Of a DNA stretch of 64,000 nucleotides, positions 49,201 through 62,500 are shown in pieces. A model generated the notes under the pieces. That model worked only from the letters and a program-made list of their open reading frames with translations, was not told the DNA's origin and did not search any database. A program made the position numbers and the translations under genes. The stretch is from contig JAAILG010000177.1 in NCBI GenBank assembly GCA_012026655.1, positions 62,001-126,000 on the forward strand. Direction: 5' to 3'. Each line of letters starts with the position of its first letter. Position 1 is the first letter of the stretch. This stretch comes from Hydrolagus affinis (Eukaryota).

Positions 49201-49967
49201 TTAGGATCAATCAGGACTTGAAATTCGAAGAGTTTGATTCAATATAGTGTTGTGAACAAATGGAAAAACCTCACAATAGAGGTAGAAGATGCGGTCTCAC
49301 TTCTCTCCTTTAAAAAATAACTGGAGAGAGTATTGAAGCATTAGGTGAAGCCCAAGAGAAACAGATATTTTACTAAACGTAATAGTTTCTGTGAAGGTGG
49401 GGCAGGTGGGGCAGAGAATGTAATCTGTAGAAGGAAGATGGTTGGGGGATGAATAACGGAGAGGTGGGAAGGATCTGGAGGTTTTGCTTGATTACCTTTG
49501 GAGATCATGGGGAATTTATACAGAGTTTCCCCCAAATGATAGAGATTTTATGGGGTAGACTCCACCATATCACAGGTTTTTGCATAGTCTGGGAAGAGGT
49601 AAGCTTGATGAGTTAAATGGTTTCATTCTGTGGTTTTCTATGTTTTCACACCAAGTGACGTGAACTGCCAGCCATGTCAATGTTAATGCACGAGTGGAGT
49701 GGTCGGATTCTCAGTCTGAAGAAGATGCTTATCTAATCAGCAAAGATAATCATCGTGAATTGCCTGAGGCCAATCTTTTCATTTAAAATGTAATTCTACC
49801 GTTGTGTTTAGCCTGACGTTAGGGAGTACAGTAATGATGTGTGTGACAATTACTTTGCTCTGCTGTTTAGGGATGATGGAATTAATTTTCAACTGAAGTG
49901 AAAAGTGTTAAGAGATTTCGTCTCCTGAAACTATAAGATCCCCTTCTGTTCATCGCATCATGATATA

Positions 49968-51187
49968 CAGGTACCCCACCCCAACTGCGTTTTTTTCTAC
50001 TTAAAATTTCACGTATCCACGGTTGCCTCTCTGCGACAACCTTTGCCAACTGCGGCAGTGAATTTTGCATATCCACGGGTTTTAACACTAGCGTTTGGCA
50101 CAAGGACCCAGTTGCATCAACTAGCCACGAAGTCGCTTCGCGCTATCGTTTGGCGCTAGGACCCAGTTGCGATATTGCAATCAACCAACCACGACGTCAC
50201 TTCTCCACATCCACCCCCTCGGTGTCACCCACCACACCACCTTCTCCACATCCATCCCCCTTGCACTCATCGGTGATTTATGATCTGGAGGAGGAGACAG
50301 AGGAGGAGGGTGCGCAGGACCCCTCTTCCATGTAACAGCACGTAACAACCATCTCCCCCATCATCATCATCATTGGGATTTAGGTAAATAACATGAATTT
50401 TTTTGTGTTTAGTTCAAGGACAAGCAAACTTACTCCCCTTATCCCCATGTTTCCCTGGGCTATGCCTCCGTCATTTCATGGCTGGACTATTCAGATGCCC
50501 TCCTCGCCGGTCTCCCCTCCACCACAATCCATAAAATCCAACTCAACCAAAACTCTGCCGGCAGTACACTCACCCGCACCAAACTTCGCTCCCCCATTAC
50601 CCCAGTCTTTGCCAGACTTCACTGGCTCCCTATCCCCGAGAGGATTGACTTCAAGATCCTCACCCTTGTTTTCAAATCCCTCCACTCCTCTGCACCCCCC
50701 TACCTCTCTGATCTCCTCTCTCCTCAAACCAGCTCCCATTGCCTTCACTCCAATGGGTCTGGCCTCCTCTATGTCCCCCGAATCCTCTGCTCCATCTTTG
50801 GCGGCCGGGCTTCAGCCACTATGCTCCGAGGCTCTGGAATTCCCTCCCTCAGTACCTTCATCTTGCCCCCTCTCTTCTCAGTTTCAGGTCCCAGCTGAAG
50901 ATCCATCTCTTTGACCATTCCTTTGGTCACCTTTCTACCCCTGTCCCTGATTTGGTCCCGGGATCCACTATTGTGAAGTGCTCTGAGACGCCATCCGGCG
51001 TGGAGGGAGCTATATAAATTAAAGTTGTTGTTGTTTCCCATAGGGACTTGCATTTTCCAACCGCGACAAGCAAACTTACTCCCCCTATCCCCATGTTTCC
51101 CATAGGGCCCTGCATTTTCCAACCGTGGTTTTACTAACCGCGGAGGTTTTCGGGAACGTATCTCCCACGGTTGGGGAGGGATACCTG
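49968..51187. mobile_element. Non-autonomous Tigger/pogo-like DNA transposon containing an L2 insertion
   Basis: TA|caggtaccccaccccaactgcg ... cacggttggggagggatacctg|TA: TIRs match about 18/22, with a TA target duplication on both sides. Confidence 0.85.
50456..51031 (+). mobile_element. 5'-truncated L2 LINE with 8-bp TSD
   Basis: Encodes WLDYSDALLAGLP...QNSA...ITPVFARLHWLPIPERIDFKILTLVFKSLHSSAPPYLSDLL. (TTG)n tail. tgtttccc is duplicated at 50448-50455 and 51032-51039. Confidence 0.92.
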
Positions 51188-52439
51188 TATTTTAGTTATA
51201 TAAACATCTCGTATTATTTTTATAATGTCAGAATAATATTCCTTATCACGTAGCCATAAAGTCGCAAAGAGCTGCGTAGGTTTACTATAGAGTGCAGTGA
51301 ACATATTTATAAGCGAATGCAACAGTCAATTCGCTCAAAGCGATATCCCACATATAGTATGGGACAGTGAATGGCCAATTTGATCTTGGGGATTGTTAGC
51401 CAGTACACCGGGTGAAACTTTCTACTCTTTACCAGTAGAGCCATGTTTTCCATAAACATTACTGTAACATTTGATTCTTTATCTATCCTAACTTTCAATT
51501 CTGTTTCAACTATAAAAATGATACTGTAAATGTAAAATCCGAACATTTTACCTTCTCTCATCTCTCTTGGGAACAGAACCTTAACACAATAACTGTTGGC
51601 AAAATAACTATAAGGTGCAGATAGTGAAAGTTAAGGTCTCATCCGAATAAACAAATGTACTAAGGAACCTATACCCATGAGTACGACTAAAAGACAGCAT
51701 TGGTAGCACTTTCTAACTCAACAGGAAAGATTTCTGCCCATTATCTATGAGCTGAATCAATTAATGAGCAGTGAACGCCACAAACCTAGTGTATCCATGC
51801 TCCAACACAGAAATTAGGGGGAAAATATGAGGAAATTCTGAAATTGCTGAGTAATTCATTAAAAAAAATGATTTTTTTCAGATCAAAGCTCAGCTTGTTG
51901 AAACAGAATCCTGAAGGAATGAATGAATAATTTAAACTTGCCATAAGATAAATCTAGTAATCAAATAAATGTGATTGCAGTGCAGAATCAGGGTTGAAAT
52001 GGGACTGAAGGAGAGTATAGGTGACTTAAAACCAGGGGTTTGAGGGGTGCAGGGGGAGAACAATCTAAAATAAAGAGCGCCTAGTATCACTCACACTGAT
52101 TGACCTAGAAGAAAATGAAAATCAATCATCAAATTTAAAAGTATAGACAAGATGAAGATAAAATATCGGTTAAACTTAAAGCTAGAATGTTGCAATTTAC
52201 TACTCTATGCCAGTGTTATGGTTCGGATGCACCTCCTAGTAGATTTAGTAAATTTAACGTCATTAATGAGTACAAGTTAGTACCAGATGACCAACCTCCA
52301 ATTCAGAATGCTACCCTTTCTGTAGAATACAACCGAACTCAATGAAAACATGTCCCACTACCAATAACTGACCAGTCAAGTTTTTGTTTGCTTTGTGATA
52401 GATACGTCATGTCCATTGGCTGAAATGACTGCACAGGAT

Positions 52440-52960
52440 TTTGAGTCTTATTGGCGTTAGTTTAATCAATTCCATGATGGTGTTAAGGCATCCAGTGTGG
52501 GGGAGATTGAGAGCATTTAAAGGCTCTGTTTAGATATATTTTAGGCTGAGGAATGGCAGATTGAACTTAGTGTAAAACATGTAGCATATTGTTAATTATT
52601 TCAGGTCATGTAAATGAACCTTTAATAAAAGGGACATCCCATTGGCAAAGGCAAAAACAGTGTAGGATTGGGAGAAATTATCCTATTAAATTTAACCTGT
52701 GGGATTGAAATGATGCCACAAGAGGTGATGACATTTTGGGAATGTGGTTAGAAATTGAAAGCAAATTATTTAAATTTTGTATAACACATTGATATGGTCA
52801 CACATGAGACATTTCACTAGTTCTGTGTACTTCGAAAAGACATCAATTCATTGGAGAATTGAAGAAGAGCAACAAATAATTCTGGGACTCTTAACATCAT
52901 GTTAAACAATTGAGTGACAGATTGAATATGTACTCATTGGAGAAATGTTGATCAAGAAGG
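52440..52960 (+). mobile_element. Ancient CR1 ORF2 fragment
   Basis: ggctgaggaatggcagattgaacttagtgt (AEEWQ-like), ttgtataacacattgatatggtcacacat (LYxxLxxPH-like) and aaagacatcaattcattggag (KDINSLE). Confidence 0.55.
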
Positions 52961-54197
52961 AATGCAAACCAATCTCTTTAGTGAGAGCACGTCTCCAATA
53001 AATGATGACATAGCAATGCCTCAAGTTAGCTGTCACATCCTACATCAAAACAAAACATCAACATCACTTTTATTAAGAAGTGGTCCCTTGCAGGCTTCAG
53101 AATTTCCATTCCTCTCCCACCTCCCCTTTTTGTTTGTAGATGCTCTCTGCAAAACTCGGTGGCAATCCTAGTTCAATTTTCAATCACCAACAATCCAACT
53201 GTGCTATCAACAACATTTCCATTATTTCCATATATCCCCTGGCACCCAATTTATTGTTTTTGTACTCCAATGTACATACTTTGCCACTACTTGTGGTGTG
53301 TCATGATCCTCTTGTGATTAAAACAGAAATAAAAGCCATTTAACAAGTGCGCAGTGTCAATCGGTGCTCCTGCAGGAACCACACTCCATCTGAAACCGTA
53401 TGAAGGAGGAGCAAACTAATTATGTCAAGCAAGAGCGCAGCAAAATACAACTGGCCTTTGCTGTACTCTATCTGAAAATTACACAAAAATACGTGACATC
53501 CGCAAAAGCATCTGAATCCCAGGATACCCTATTTCAACAGTAACAGGAGCATAGAAGAACTCCAATAATGATAGCCAATAATTCTACTCCGCATTACACT
53601 ACAAATCACACAGTTGGTTTTCTTAGCATGTTCAGATCTATTAACGAATGCTTAGTGGTGTCATAAAAGTTTATGGGGCTTTAAAGAATTGCATAATGAG
53701 CATTACAGTATATTGTTTTTCTGTCTTTATATTCATAACCCCATGAAATACAGTTATGTGCATAAACTTGAGAACAGTTGTGTTTGTTGTAGAGGGTCTG
53801 TAAAAGCCCCAATCTGACAGCTGTTTGCAAAGCTTTCTACGTAAAGCAAAGGACAGGTGTTTGATTATTATCTTCACAATACAGGACAAATCTGGTTGTA
53901 CCCAGCAAAAAATAAGGTTACAGTAAGAAATTTACAATTTCTGATGTGTTTTTTGGTCTTTCCATATTGGTGAGTCGAGCAACATTGTAATAAACATTAT
54001 GCAGCAAAGCAGTGAATCGGTTGCTCATATTTTCATTTGTTTCAGGGACTAACACATGCATAATAGATGACTGAATGTTCAAAAGGAATATGCAAGGTGG
54101 ACTAGGTGCTCTGCTGGGTTTCAATACTGCCATCAACCTGGATTGACTCATCTCTCGATTGAAAATGTCACTGTTTCTCCATTGTCTACATTGGTAT

Positions 54198-54420
54198 TAA
54201 CAACAACAACAAAATTACACTTGTATAGCGCCTTTCACGTCAGGAGGAAATCCCAAGGCGCTGGATAGTCATGGTTTCAGAGCCGAGCTGGGATCGGGAA
54301 GGGTGGAGGGAAAGGGGGGGATGTAGGGTTACCGATGGGACCGTCGAAGTGGAGGGTCTTGATGCTAGACTTGAAGGAAGCCAGGGAGGGGCGAGGAGGT
54401 GGGACTGCGGGATGTAGTTA
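54198..54420 (-). mobile_element. L2 3' fragment
   Basis: aacaacaacaacaaaattacacttgtatagcgcctttcacgtcaggaggaaatcccaaggcgctg plus a purine-rich tract. Confidence 0.88.
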
Positions 54421-55934
54421 AATGACTATGACTAACCTGGAGAGGCCAAAGTTAATTCCTGGTGCTCCAAGTTGCACCGTTCCTCAACACTGACATTCCA
54501 CACTACAATGAAAGCAAAAATTACATGTGTATAAATAAATATCTAAAAAATTTAGATCTGTAAATAGTCGAAAAAAGACCAATGTCTGGCTCGTTTGCAT
54601 TCAATCTTCCTGGCGTTCATATGTACATATGTCCCAAATTATCTATGTACACTAATGCTATTTGCTAAAAGAACTTGAGCGAACCAACATTAACACAATT
54701 AGAAATTGGGCTTGGGCAGATTGCAACCTTGCAACATTTTCTTATTTCTAATCATCAAGTTACCTTGTGGCTAACTACTTCTTTAAGTTGACAAATAAGG
54801 AACACGCTATTGAATCTTCCAATTCTCTGCATGCAGCATCTGGGTTAATGGATGGATGGCAGTGCATTTAAAAGGCGATGATTTAAATTATATTTTTCAC
54901 AAGACCACAAGATGATTTTGAATGAAAATGACCCTTCAGTGACACAAACAGATTGAGTTGTTTAGGATTGTCAGTCGTACTGCAATGTTGAATTATTCTT
55001 TAAACTTTGTTGCCAATACTTGTTGCTGACAAATTCCGGTTTCAAACATATTGGTGTATAATGTGTGGTGCAGTAGACAACTTCACCCTTGGGATATTGC
55101 TCTGGAAGTTGATTGGAGGAGAGTGGTGTTTGGAATAGAATATTTGGAATTGATGTATATTTATTTCCAGCTTCAGGAAGGAATCCCAATATCTGCAGCA
55201 TGGATCCCACAAACAATACCACAAATGACATGCCAGTGTGTTGCAATAACGTTTTAAATTGTGTTACTGGGAACAACTGTTTAATTTATTCATGCCACAG
55301 GCCTCCACAGTTCAACCCCAATTTATCACAGAGCCAGTAAGAAGGGGGCAAATGGAAGAGTGTTAACACCATTAATAAACAAGATGTGGATTCAGAGACT
55401 TTGATCTCTTGTTTCAAGATTTTAAATAAAAATCCCTAAAGCTCATCATATTTCAAATATGATTTTTGGTAATGAGTTTGTTCTAATAATAAACTCTGAA
55501 TGTAGAATGTGTAGCTGTGGGGCACTGCAACTTGAAATACAAACTCACTACAAAGCAAGACCCTGGTCACAAATAGTTCATTTAAAAACTGAAACATTAG
55601 GACTGAAAGTCACTTAGAATTCTCAATTCGGTCCACTCCATTCTATGTGCCAAACTCTCTCCAAACCTGAACCCCAACCCAACCTCTCCACTCTTCTGAC
55701 TCCGGTTCACTTTTTGTGCCTGAGTTCCACTACTCTTGCGCCTTGGGTTGGGAGGCCAAAGGAGTTGGCAAGATTGTGTGTGGACCTAGGATGTTTGGGA
55801 CAGGGCTTAGGTTTGGAGTTGATCTTTCTGTATATTGTTATTGTATCATTTTTTTTCACAAATAAAGTTTTCAAGCAGAAATACAATGTTTTGTTATCTA
55901 GGAAACAGTTTGTTCAAACCTTGATACATAATAG

Positions 55935-56085
55935 TAAAATAATAATCCTTACCTTTGATTACAGCACCTTTCATTTCATTAGAAACGTCTAAAAGGGCTA
56001 TATCAAATGCAAGAATTATTATTATTGTTGTTATTATTATTAGGACACCTCAAAGCGCTTCATATGATATGCTGTAAAGTGATAT
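55935..56085. mobile_element. SINE tail (-) interrupted by a SINE tail (+)
   Basis: aataatccttacctttgatt...| aaaagggctatatcaaatgcaagaattattatt |...ctcaaagcgcttca...ctgtaaagtga. Confidence 0.65.
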
Positions 56086-56589
56086 CGTTGTACGTTTGTG
56101 AAATCTACTTCAAACAGTAGTCAAAAAGATCAGCATTTGAAAACAAAACTAATCTATCATCATTGTATATTGTGAGGAAAGAGTATCAAAGAGCAAAACC
56201 TTGTAAGGCCTATAATGCGTGCTTCAACACAGCAATTGTAGAGATTGGAAAGGTCAGGGTTAGAATTTCGGGTAGTATTGTGCCACTTACCTTTAGAACC
56301 CTTAATGCAAAGCCTCACGGCAAGTCTCCAGGCATATAAAAGAAAAATCTGTTTATCACAAATAAAGATTTTCCAAAATCCATTCACCACAGTAGGAATA
56401 ACACACTTCTTACACCCATTAGTAACATCTTCTGATACTGGCTCGTAACTGTCTATGTGGGCACAGAATAAATGTACATGCTGTGGCTCACCCTGAAAGC
56501 CTCGCTACTAAGGTTTCTGATGTACCTTAATATGTTTTCCCCCCCAAATTGGGATTATTAATTCCCTTTTTTTTTAAATCCTACCATGT

Positions 56590-56780
56590 GAACTTTTATG
56601 ATTAACAATGAACAGACAGGCAGAATCTGATCTTAAAGTCCCACCTGAAGGATGACGCCCTGGTTATCTAGTTACAGCATTCCACCAGCAATGCACTGAA
56701 GTGTCCACCTAAACTTAAGAGTTGAAAATCACAACCTTCAGACCCAGGGGCTATAATATCTCCAACTGAGGTGAACTGAC
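56590..56780 (-). mobile_element. Old Deu-domain SINE fragment
   Basis: tgaacagacaggcag...cttaaagtcccacctgaaggatgacgcc...atgcactgaagtgtccaccta...ttgaaaatcacaaccttcagac. Confidence 0.55.
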
Positions 56781-58435
56781 ATTTCTGTCACTTAATAGGT
56801 CTGTTTTAATATGTTTGTTCAGTATCATGTGAATTTTGATTTATTTTCCCACAGAATAAATTATTTTACCTTTGTTAGTTGTCCAAGGAGTTTGTTACTT
56901 ACTCCCAAAGTTTTGTAGCTGATTGCTTGGTTTTAAATTTCTCATTTCAGCCTTACTGATTTATAAATCTGTGGACCACGAGCTTCATTTCCACATTATT
57001 CTGTTCTGCACTCAGATAATCTGCTTTTTCACAAATAATTGGATCCTTCTTTGTTCTGTAGGGTAAGATTTATATATTTACAACATTGTTATTCCCCTAG
57101 AGGTTTTTTATTTGTGTCATACCTCCGCCATTTCACACACTTTCTACGCCATTTATTTTGTTTTTCCCCTCCTCGATTCCGACCAAACACTGGCAGCTCA
57201 TTCCACTGACACCGTTCTATTCATCTTCTTATCTGTGCAATGGGATTACATTAGACGCTGCACCGCTCCCCTTTGCTTCCAAAGCCATTTCCGTTTGGCA
57301 TCTCAGTCACAGTGCAAAATATGAAAATAATGAATAAAACATAATAATGAATACAGAAATGTAAGGGAATAAATTACAGGGACATTTGATGATGGCAAGC
57401 CTCTCTATCTCCATCGTTTTATCTATTAATATCGGTTTTACCCCCATTTGTATTTCCCCTCTGTCTTCCATGGCTGCAACTCTGTCTCCCTCAGTCTCTA
57501 TCTCTCTCGCTTGCTCTTTACCCAGCTATCTTTCCCGTTTCAGATATCTGTCTTTGTAAATTTATTCCACGATTATCATTAATCCTCTTACAGTACAATA
57601 AGTGATGATGGCTGCTTGATGAGATACTGTCTGATATCTTACCTCTTCAACTGTGAAACAAACTAGCTGGAATCATACAGATCCTTCCTGAAGTAAATCA
57701 TTTAACTTGTAATCATTTACAAAAAGATGTATCATCAGAATTTCAAAGTACAGTATATTCTGTGTATTTTAAACCACAACTGTACCTATCATTGCATGGT
57801 AACATTTCTTTCTTTCTATATCACATTATTGTTATGCAGTTAGTTCTATCTTACTTTAAACTATCAATCTCTAACTCTGGCTTTGTATCCATTAATTAAA
57901 TTCCGTTTCGATCTTCATCTGTATCTACTCTCTCAGCATTCAATTTTCAATGTTTCCTATTCTATTGCTCTTTCAATATCTACCTCTCCCCTTGGTCTCT
58001 ACCAGAAACGTGCAGCCTAAACCTTTCGATTAGTTATTATACTAGACTGGACAATGATTTCCATAAAACATATGTTGTATTTCATCCTCATGACGACATG
58101 ATGGAAAACAGACAGGACTGCGAGGGAAAATGGTTCACAGCTTCAAAGTGGAGCCAAACCAGTAATTCATGCAGCACATGGTTTTGCATCCAAATTGAAT
58201 ATTTACCTCTAATGCTATCATTTTAATGACTTGAATTAAATGCAGTATGATAGCACCTAAAAAGAGGAACCCTGGGGTTTTATACCTCATTCAGGGTGCT
58301 AACCATTTGTTTGCTTATGAGTTATCACCTCAGTCGAGTGTGGAATATGAATCAAAATTACAAATCACCGTGTACAGTATCCTCAAAGTAAATGCCGCTC
58401 TGCTGAACTTTGTGAGGATAACGCAAAAATAATCA

Positions 58436-58788
58436 AATAATAATCTTTGAATTTTGATAGAGTGTCTCAAAGTGCTTCACAGGGAACTGCTGTCAAGCAT
58501 ATTGACTGTGCATCAGGATATGCCGCATCCAATTTACGCACAGCAAGGTTCCACAAAAAGTCATGAAGGGAATGATGAATTCATCTGAAGGATTATTGGC
58601 CAGGACACCAGGAGCAACTCAGATCTCATTTCAAATAATGTTGTGGGACTTTATCATCGAGCTGAACAGACAGAGGGGACAAGGTTTAAGGTCCCATTTC
58701 AAAAGATAGCACCTCCAATAACGCAGTGCTCTCCTCACTAGAGTGTCAATCTAGATTATGGAATCAAATCCCAATGTGGGACCTAAAC
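58436..58788 (-). mobile_element. Old Deu-domain SINE, best preserved copy in the window
   Basis: ttggccaggacaccaggagcaactc...ggtttaaggtcccatttcaaaagatagcacctccaataacgcagtgctctcctcactagagtgtcaatctagattat, plus the SINE tail at 58436-58560. Confidence 0.75.
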
Positions 58789-58987
58789 AAGATGAAATAG
58801 AGCAAATATCTCTTGTGACAAAGTATAGTTCTGTATATATATCTAGATAGTTCTGACATCCATGACTTAGAAGGTAATGATTTCATGTTTTGTAAATTTG
58901 TGGGAATTATAGCAACATATACAGTGTACTATATAAATATGACAACAATCAGATCCAAATATTGAACCCCTCATAAGAAATATATAT

Positions 58988-59056
58988 TCAATCAATCAAA
59001 ACTTACATTTATAAAGCGCCTTTCACGTTGAGAAGACGTCCCAAGGCGCTGTATAG
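58988..59056 (-). mobile_element. L2 3' end with (TGAT)n terminal repeat
   Basis: tcaatcaatcaaaacttacatttataaagcgcctttcacgttgagaagacgtcccaaggcgctg. Confidence 0.8.
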
Positions 59057-59391
59057 TTATTGAACAAAAGATTAATTTGCCTTTGGTTTTGTATTTGTTC
59101 CCAATGTCCAGGAAGATCCTAAATGCAAACAGATTAAATTTCGGGCAGAATCAATCATGTGAGTTCATGGATTGCTCTGCACATGCTTTTCAGAGAGGCG
59201 GATGCAACTAAATTCAAACAGGTCTGAATTAAATCATATCTTCTTTCTACAGAATCACTGCTTTCGACTTAGTGACCATACATAGTGTTTACATATAGTA
59301 TATAGAGGGTAACTGTTTTATCCTATAATCAGTGTACAAACACACAACAGATCAGAAATGCCGCATAATATTTGATAGAAGTATAATTGTC

Positions 59392-59560
59392 AAGAGAAAC
59401 TTCCTTTTCTTTTCAAATAGTGCCATGGAATCTTTTAACATCCACCTTAACAACTTATTTACAGTTTAATCTTTTCATCTGAAGTAATGCACATCCAACA
59501 GTGCAGCATACCCCCATCACTGCACCCGTATTTCAGCTGAGACTGTAAATTCAAAGTCCC
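59392..59560 (-). mobile_element. Old Deu-domain SINE fragment
   Basis: tttcaaatagtgccatggaatcttttaacatccacct...gtttaatcttttcatctgaag...acagtgcagcatacccccatcactgcac. Confidence 0.7.
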
Positions 59561-62500
59561 ATTGGCTTTTATCATGATGAAATGCTCCTTAAGGGCTAAG
59601 TGGATCGAGAGACATGAAGGAAGAGGAAACATTGTAACACAGAATTATTTATAATCAATATCTGGGTGTCATATATTATTCATAGCATTGGGTTGCAAAA
59701 TATCAAACCCTCTGACAGATTATAAAAAAATGCATCATAGGCACATAAATTTCAACCGCATTTATTGTGAAATCTCGACACAAGGAAGTAATCTTAGGAA
59801 AATGACAAGAGGAAAAATGATCGAAAACATTGCAATATTACAAACCAAGTTTCTCCATGTTTGGAATATGTGTTCAGAAAATTTGGAAGTGGCTTCCGTT
59901 TGGGTTAAATGGAAAACTCAGTTTTAAATAAGGGACAATGGGGCTCCAGTGCAAATTGTGCTGGTTGAATCTCCATTTACATTACATGTGGAGTGAGAAT
60001 TCACTGCAAAACCCATACCAATTTGCCACCAAATGTGTAGTAGAAATGAAGCTTTGGTGGAATTATGGTATTTATTCTAACCGTCTGTATGGAATTATCA
60101 ACAAATTGAACATTTGCTTTTTTGTGTGAAAAGATGTTTTATTCACAGTGGTTCACTTGAATTCTAATAAAAAAAAATCCTCACATGATCACTTATTCCT
60201 ACTCTCCTTTGACAAATGTCTCTTATAAGTGTTGCAATCATCACCCCTGAATGGAAGAATGTATTTCATGAGATTTGCTAGAAATATGGGGTTTTGCCTG
60301 GTGAAACGCCGAGTTTCTGGTCTGTAAGTTCTGCGTGAGTAAACACCCTTAATATTGGGTTCACACAGTTCTCATTTCAAATAATATTAATGTGCAAAGT
60401 ATTTCTTAACCCAAGAACTTTCAACCTTGTTAATGGTTGAAAGCTGGCATTGATTCCCAGCTCCCTAAACCATGTGAGCTTTTCATTTTGCTTTATTGGT
60501 GATTATCATGGCACTTTGATAAATGTGCACCTGCAAGTTAGTTCAGAGGCTGCTATTTAGCAGAGCACTGTACATATAGAAAAAAAGATAAGAATGAAGA
60601 AGTGAGCAAGATGAACCACAGAAAGATAAATACCTGTCAATTCAAGTTGCGACAAAATGTTATTGAAAATATTCCCATTTGGATCATCAAATTTTTATAC
60701 GGTATGAATTTAAGTGTTTTTGTCACAATATAATTCATTTGTTAATGGGGAATTGGAAAATGAAGGGCAAGATTTGAACCATAAATGGAATTAGCCTCCA
60801 AAATTATTGACTGTAGCCTATCAGGTTTGCAGAAAAGAACACCATTACAACCTTTTAGCCACCAGGTTAATAAGCCTGATGTAACTGTCTTGGTCATCTG
60901 AATGATGAATCTATGATGTTATTAAACTCATACTCATGCCCATGAAATTGCATGCCCTTTGCAGCGGCAGACTGAAATATACAGTTGACCTTGTTAATAG
61001 CTGTTGAATGACATTAATGCACAGGATGCACTGGAATAAATTATGATCCATCTAAATTTTACAATGCAACTTTATATGGAAGCAATTCCGATGAAATACT
61101 TAACTAACTATAAAAAAGAGATTAGCTAGTATAATATCAAATGGATTAATAAAGATGACAGCTGGGAACAGGTGCTCAGACCAATTTAGGCCTTTTGTTC
61201 CTTGTTAATACAGCACAAAAGTGGCAGAGTAAATCTAAAGAAAACAGGAGTTTAAACTTTGAAGCACTCATCCATAATAAGTACAGTACTGTATATCCAA
61301 TTGTGTTACTGTAAAACACACAAGCTTTTGAAAGAAGATTTAGCTGAGAGTAACACTTCCAATAGATGCTCTTGTAAGGGATAATTAGATGAATGTTGTT
61401 AAGCATGTAGAAAACTGTAAACGTTGACCAAGACAGCTTTGAATACATGTTTCAGTAAAACCTAAATGGTTTATCACCTAGGAATAAATTCAGCACCCTC
61501 CACAATGATTTCCTCAAATCCTCAACTCACCATAGACAAGAGCAATAGCGCTCAATGAAATCTTAGGGCCAATTGTTGTAGCTAAATCAGGAGGTGAGTC
61601 TTGATTAGGAGGAACTCCAGCATGTTGTTTTTGGTGCAGCTTGGTTCAACTTTTCATGTCATGGTAAAACTGGCATGTAAACCAAAAGCAACAACAGTTT
61701 GTCAAAAGGTTCTTCACTCAGAGTGAACCTAATCTTTTAACTAAGTTCATTTATTGGAGGTTTGTCTTTATTATTGACAGTAAATATTTGACTGCTTACT
61801 TACCCATCCCAGAATCACTCTCATTTACATTGGATCAATGCAAATAAAATTCATTCCCATCCAGAGCATACTAAAACATAAATTACATCTTTATAAGTTG
61901 AGAAGAAATTTCTGAAAAGTTAATAGATGGAAGGATGTGATCAAATGCGCCTTCCTCATCCGAACGTCTCGTGTGATCTTGCGTATTCTTTAGTACTGAA
62001 GGAGTGGTGAAATAATGAGTTACTCTGTGCCAGTAGATAGCAAACATTGCTGCTTGATTAGAATCCATGAATTCCCCCTTTCGTCTCTTCTTATGCTCCC
62101 TGAAATAATGCTAAATTAGCAATTGTTTGACACATGAAGTGGCGTGCTTTCCATCTGATCACTTTGCTAAAGTGACACAAAATGCAAATGGCATTCCTTC
62201 AATGTGACAGTAGCAGTTTATTTTAAATTCTCACCTCATACCATACCCCTCTCATTTCCTCTGATCCCTTGTTTATGACATTTCGAAAGTCAAACTGTCT
62301 TCCCTCCACCCCTCCTCATGCAATCTCCTGAGTAACTGGTCAACCCTCTCTTTTCCTGAACATATTCAGTGACCTTATACAGTACACGTTAGCCGCTGCT
62401 GCTTTGCTGTCCTGCAGATGAGAGGTGCAATCATGAAGCTTGTGTGATCTAGTAGTTGATGATAATAGAACTGCACTTTGCAGTCACAAACTCTCAGATA

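Noticed and set aside
50393-50914. Longest ORF in the window (173 aa, Pro/Ser-rich)
   Set aside because: An alternative reading frame of the L2 fragment, not a host gene.
888-59560. Apparent excess of minus-strand retroelements
   Set aside because: Counts are small and hand-collected, so no bias can be claimed.
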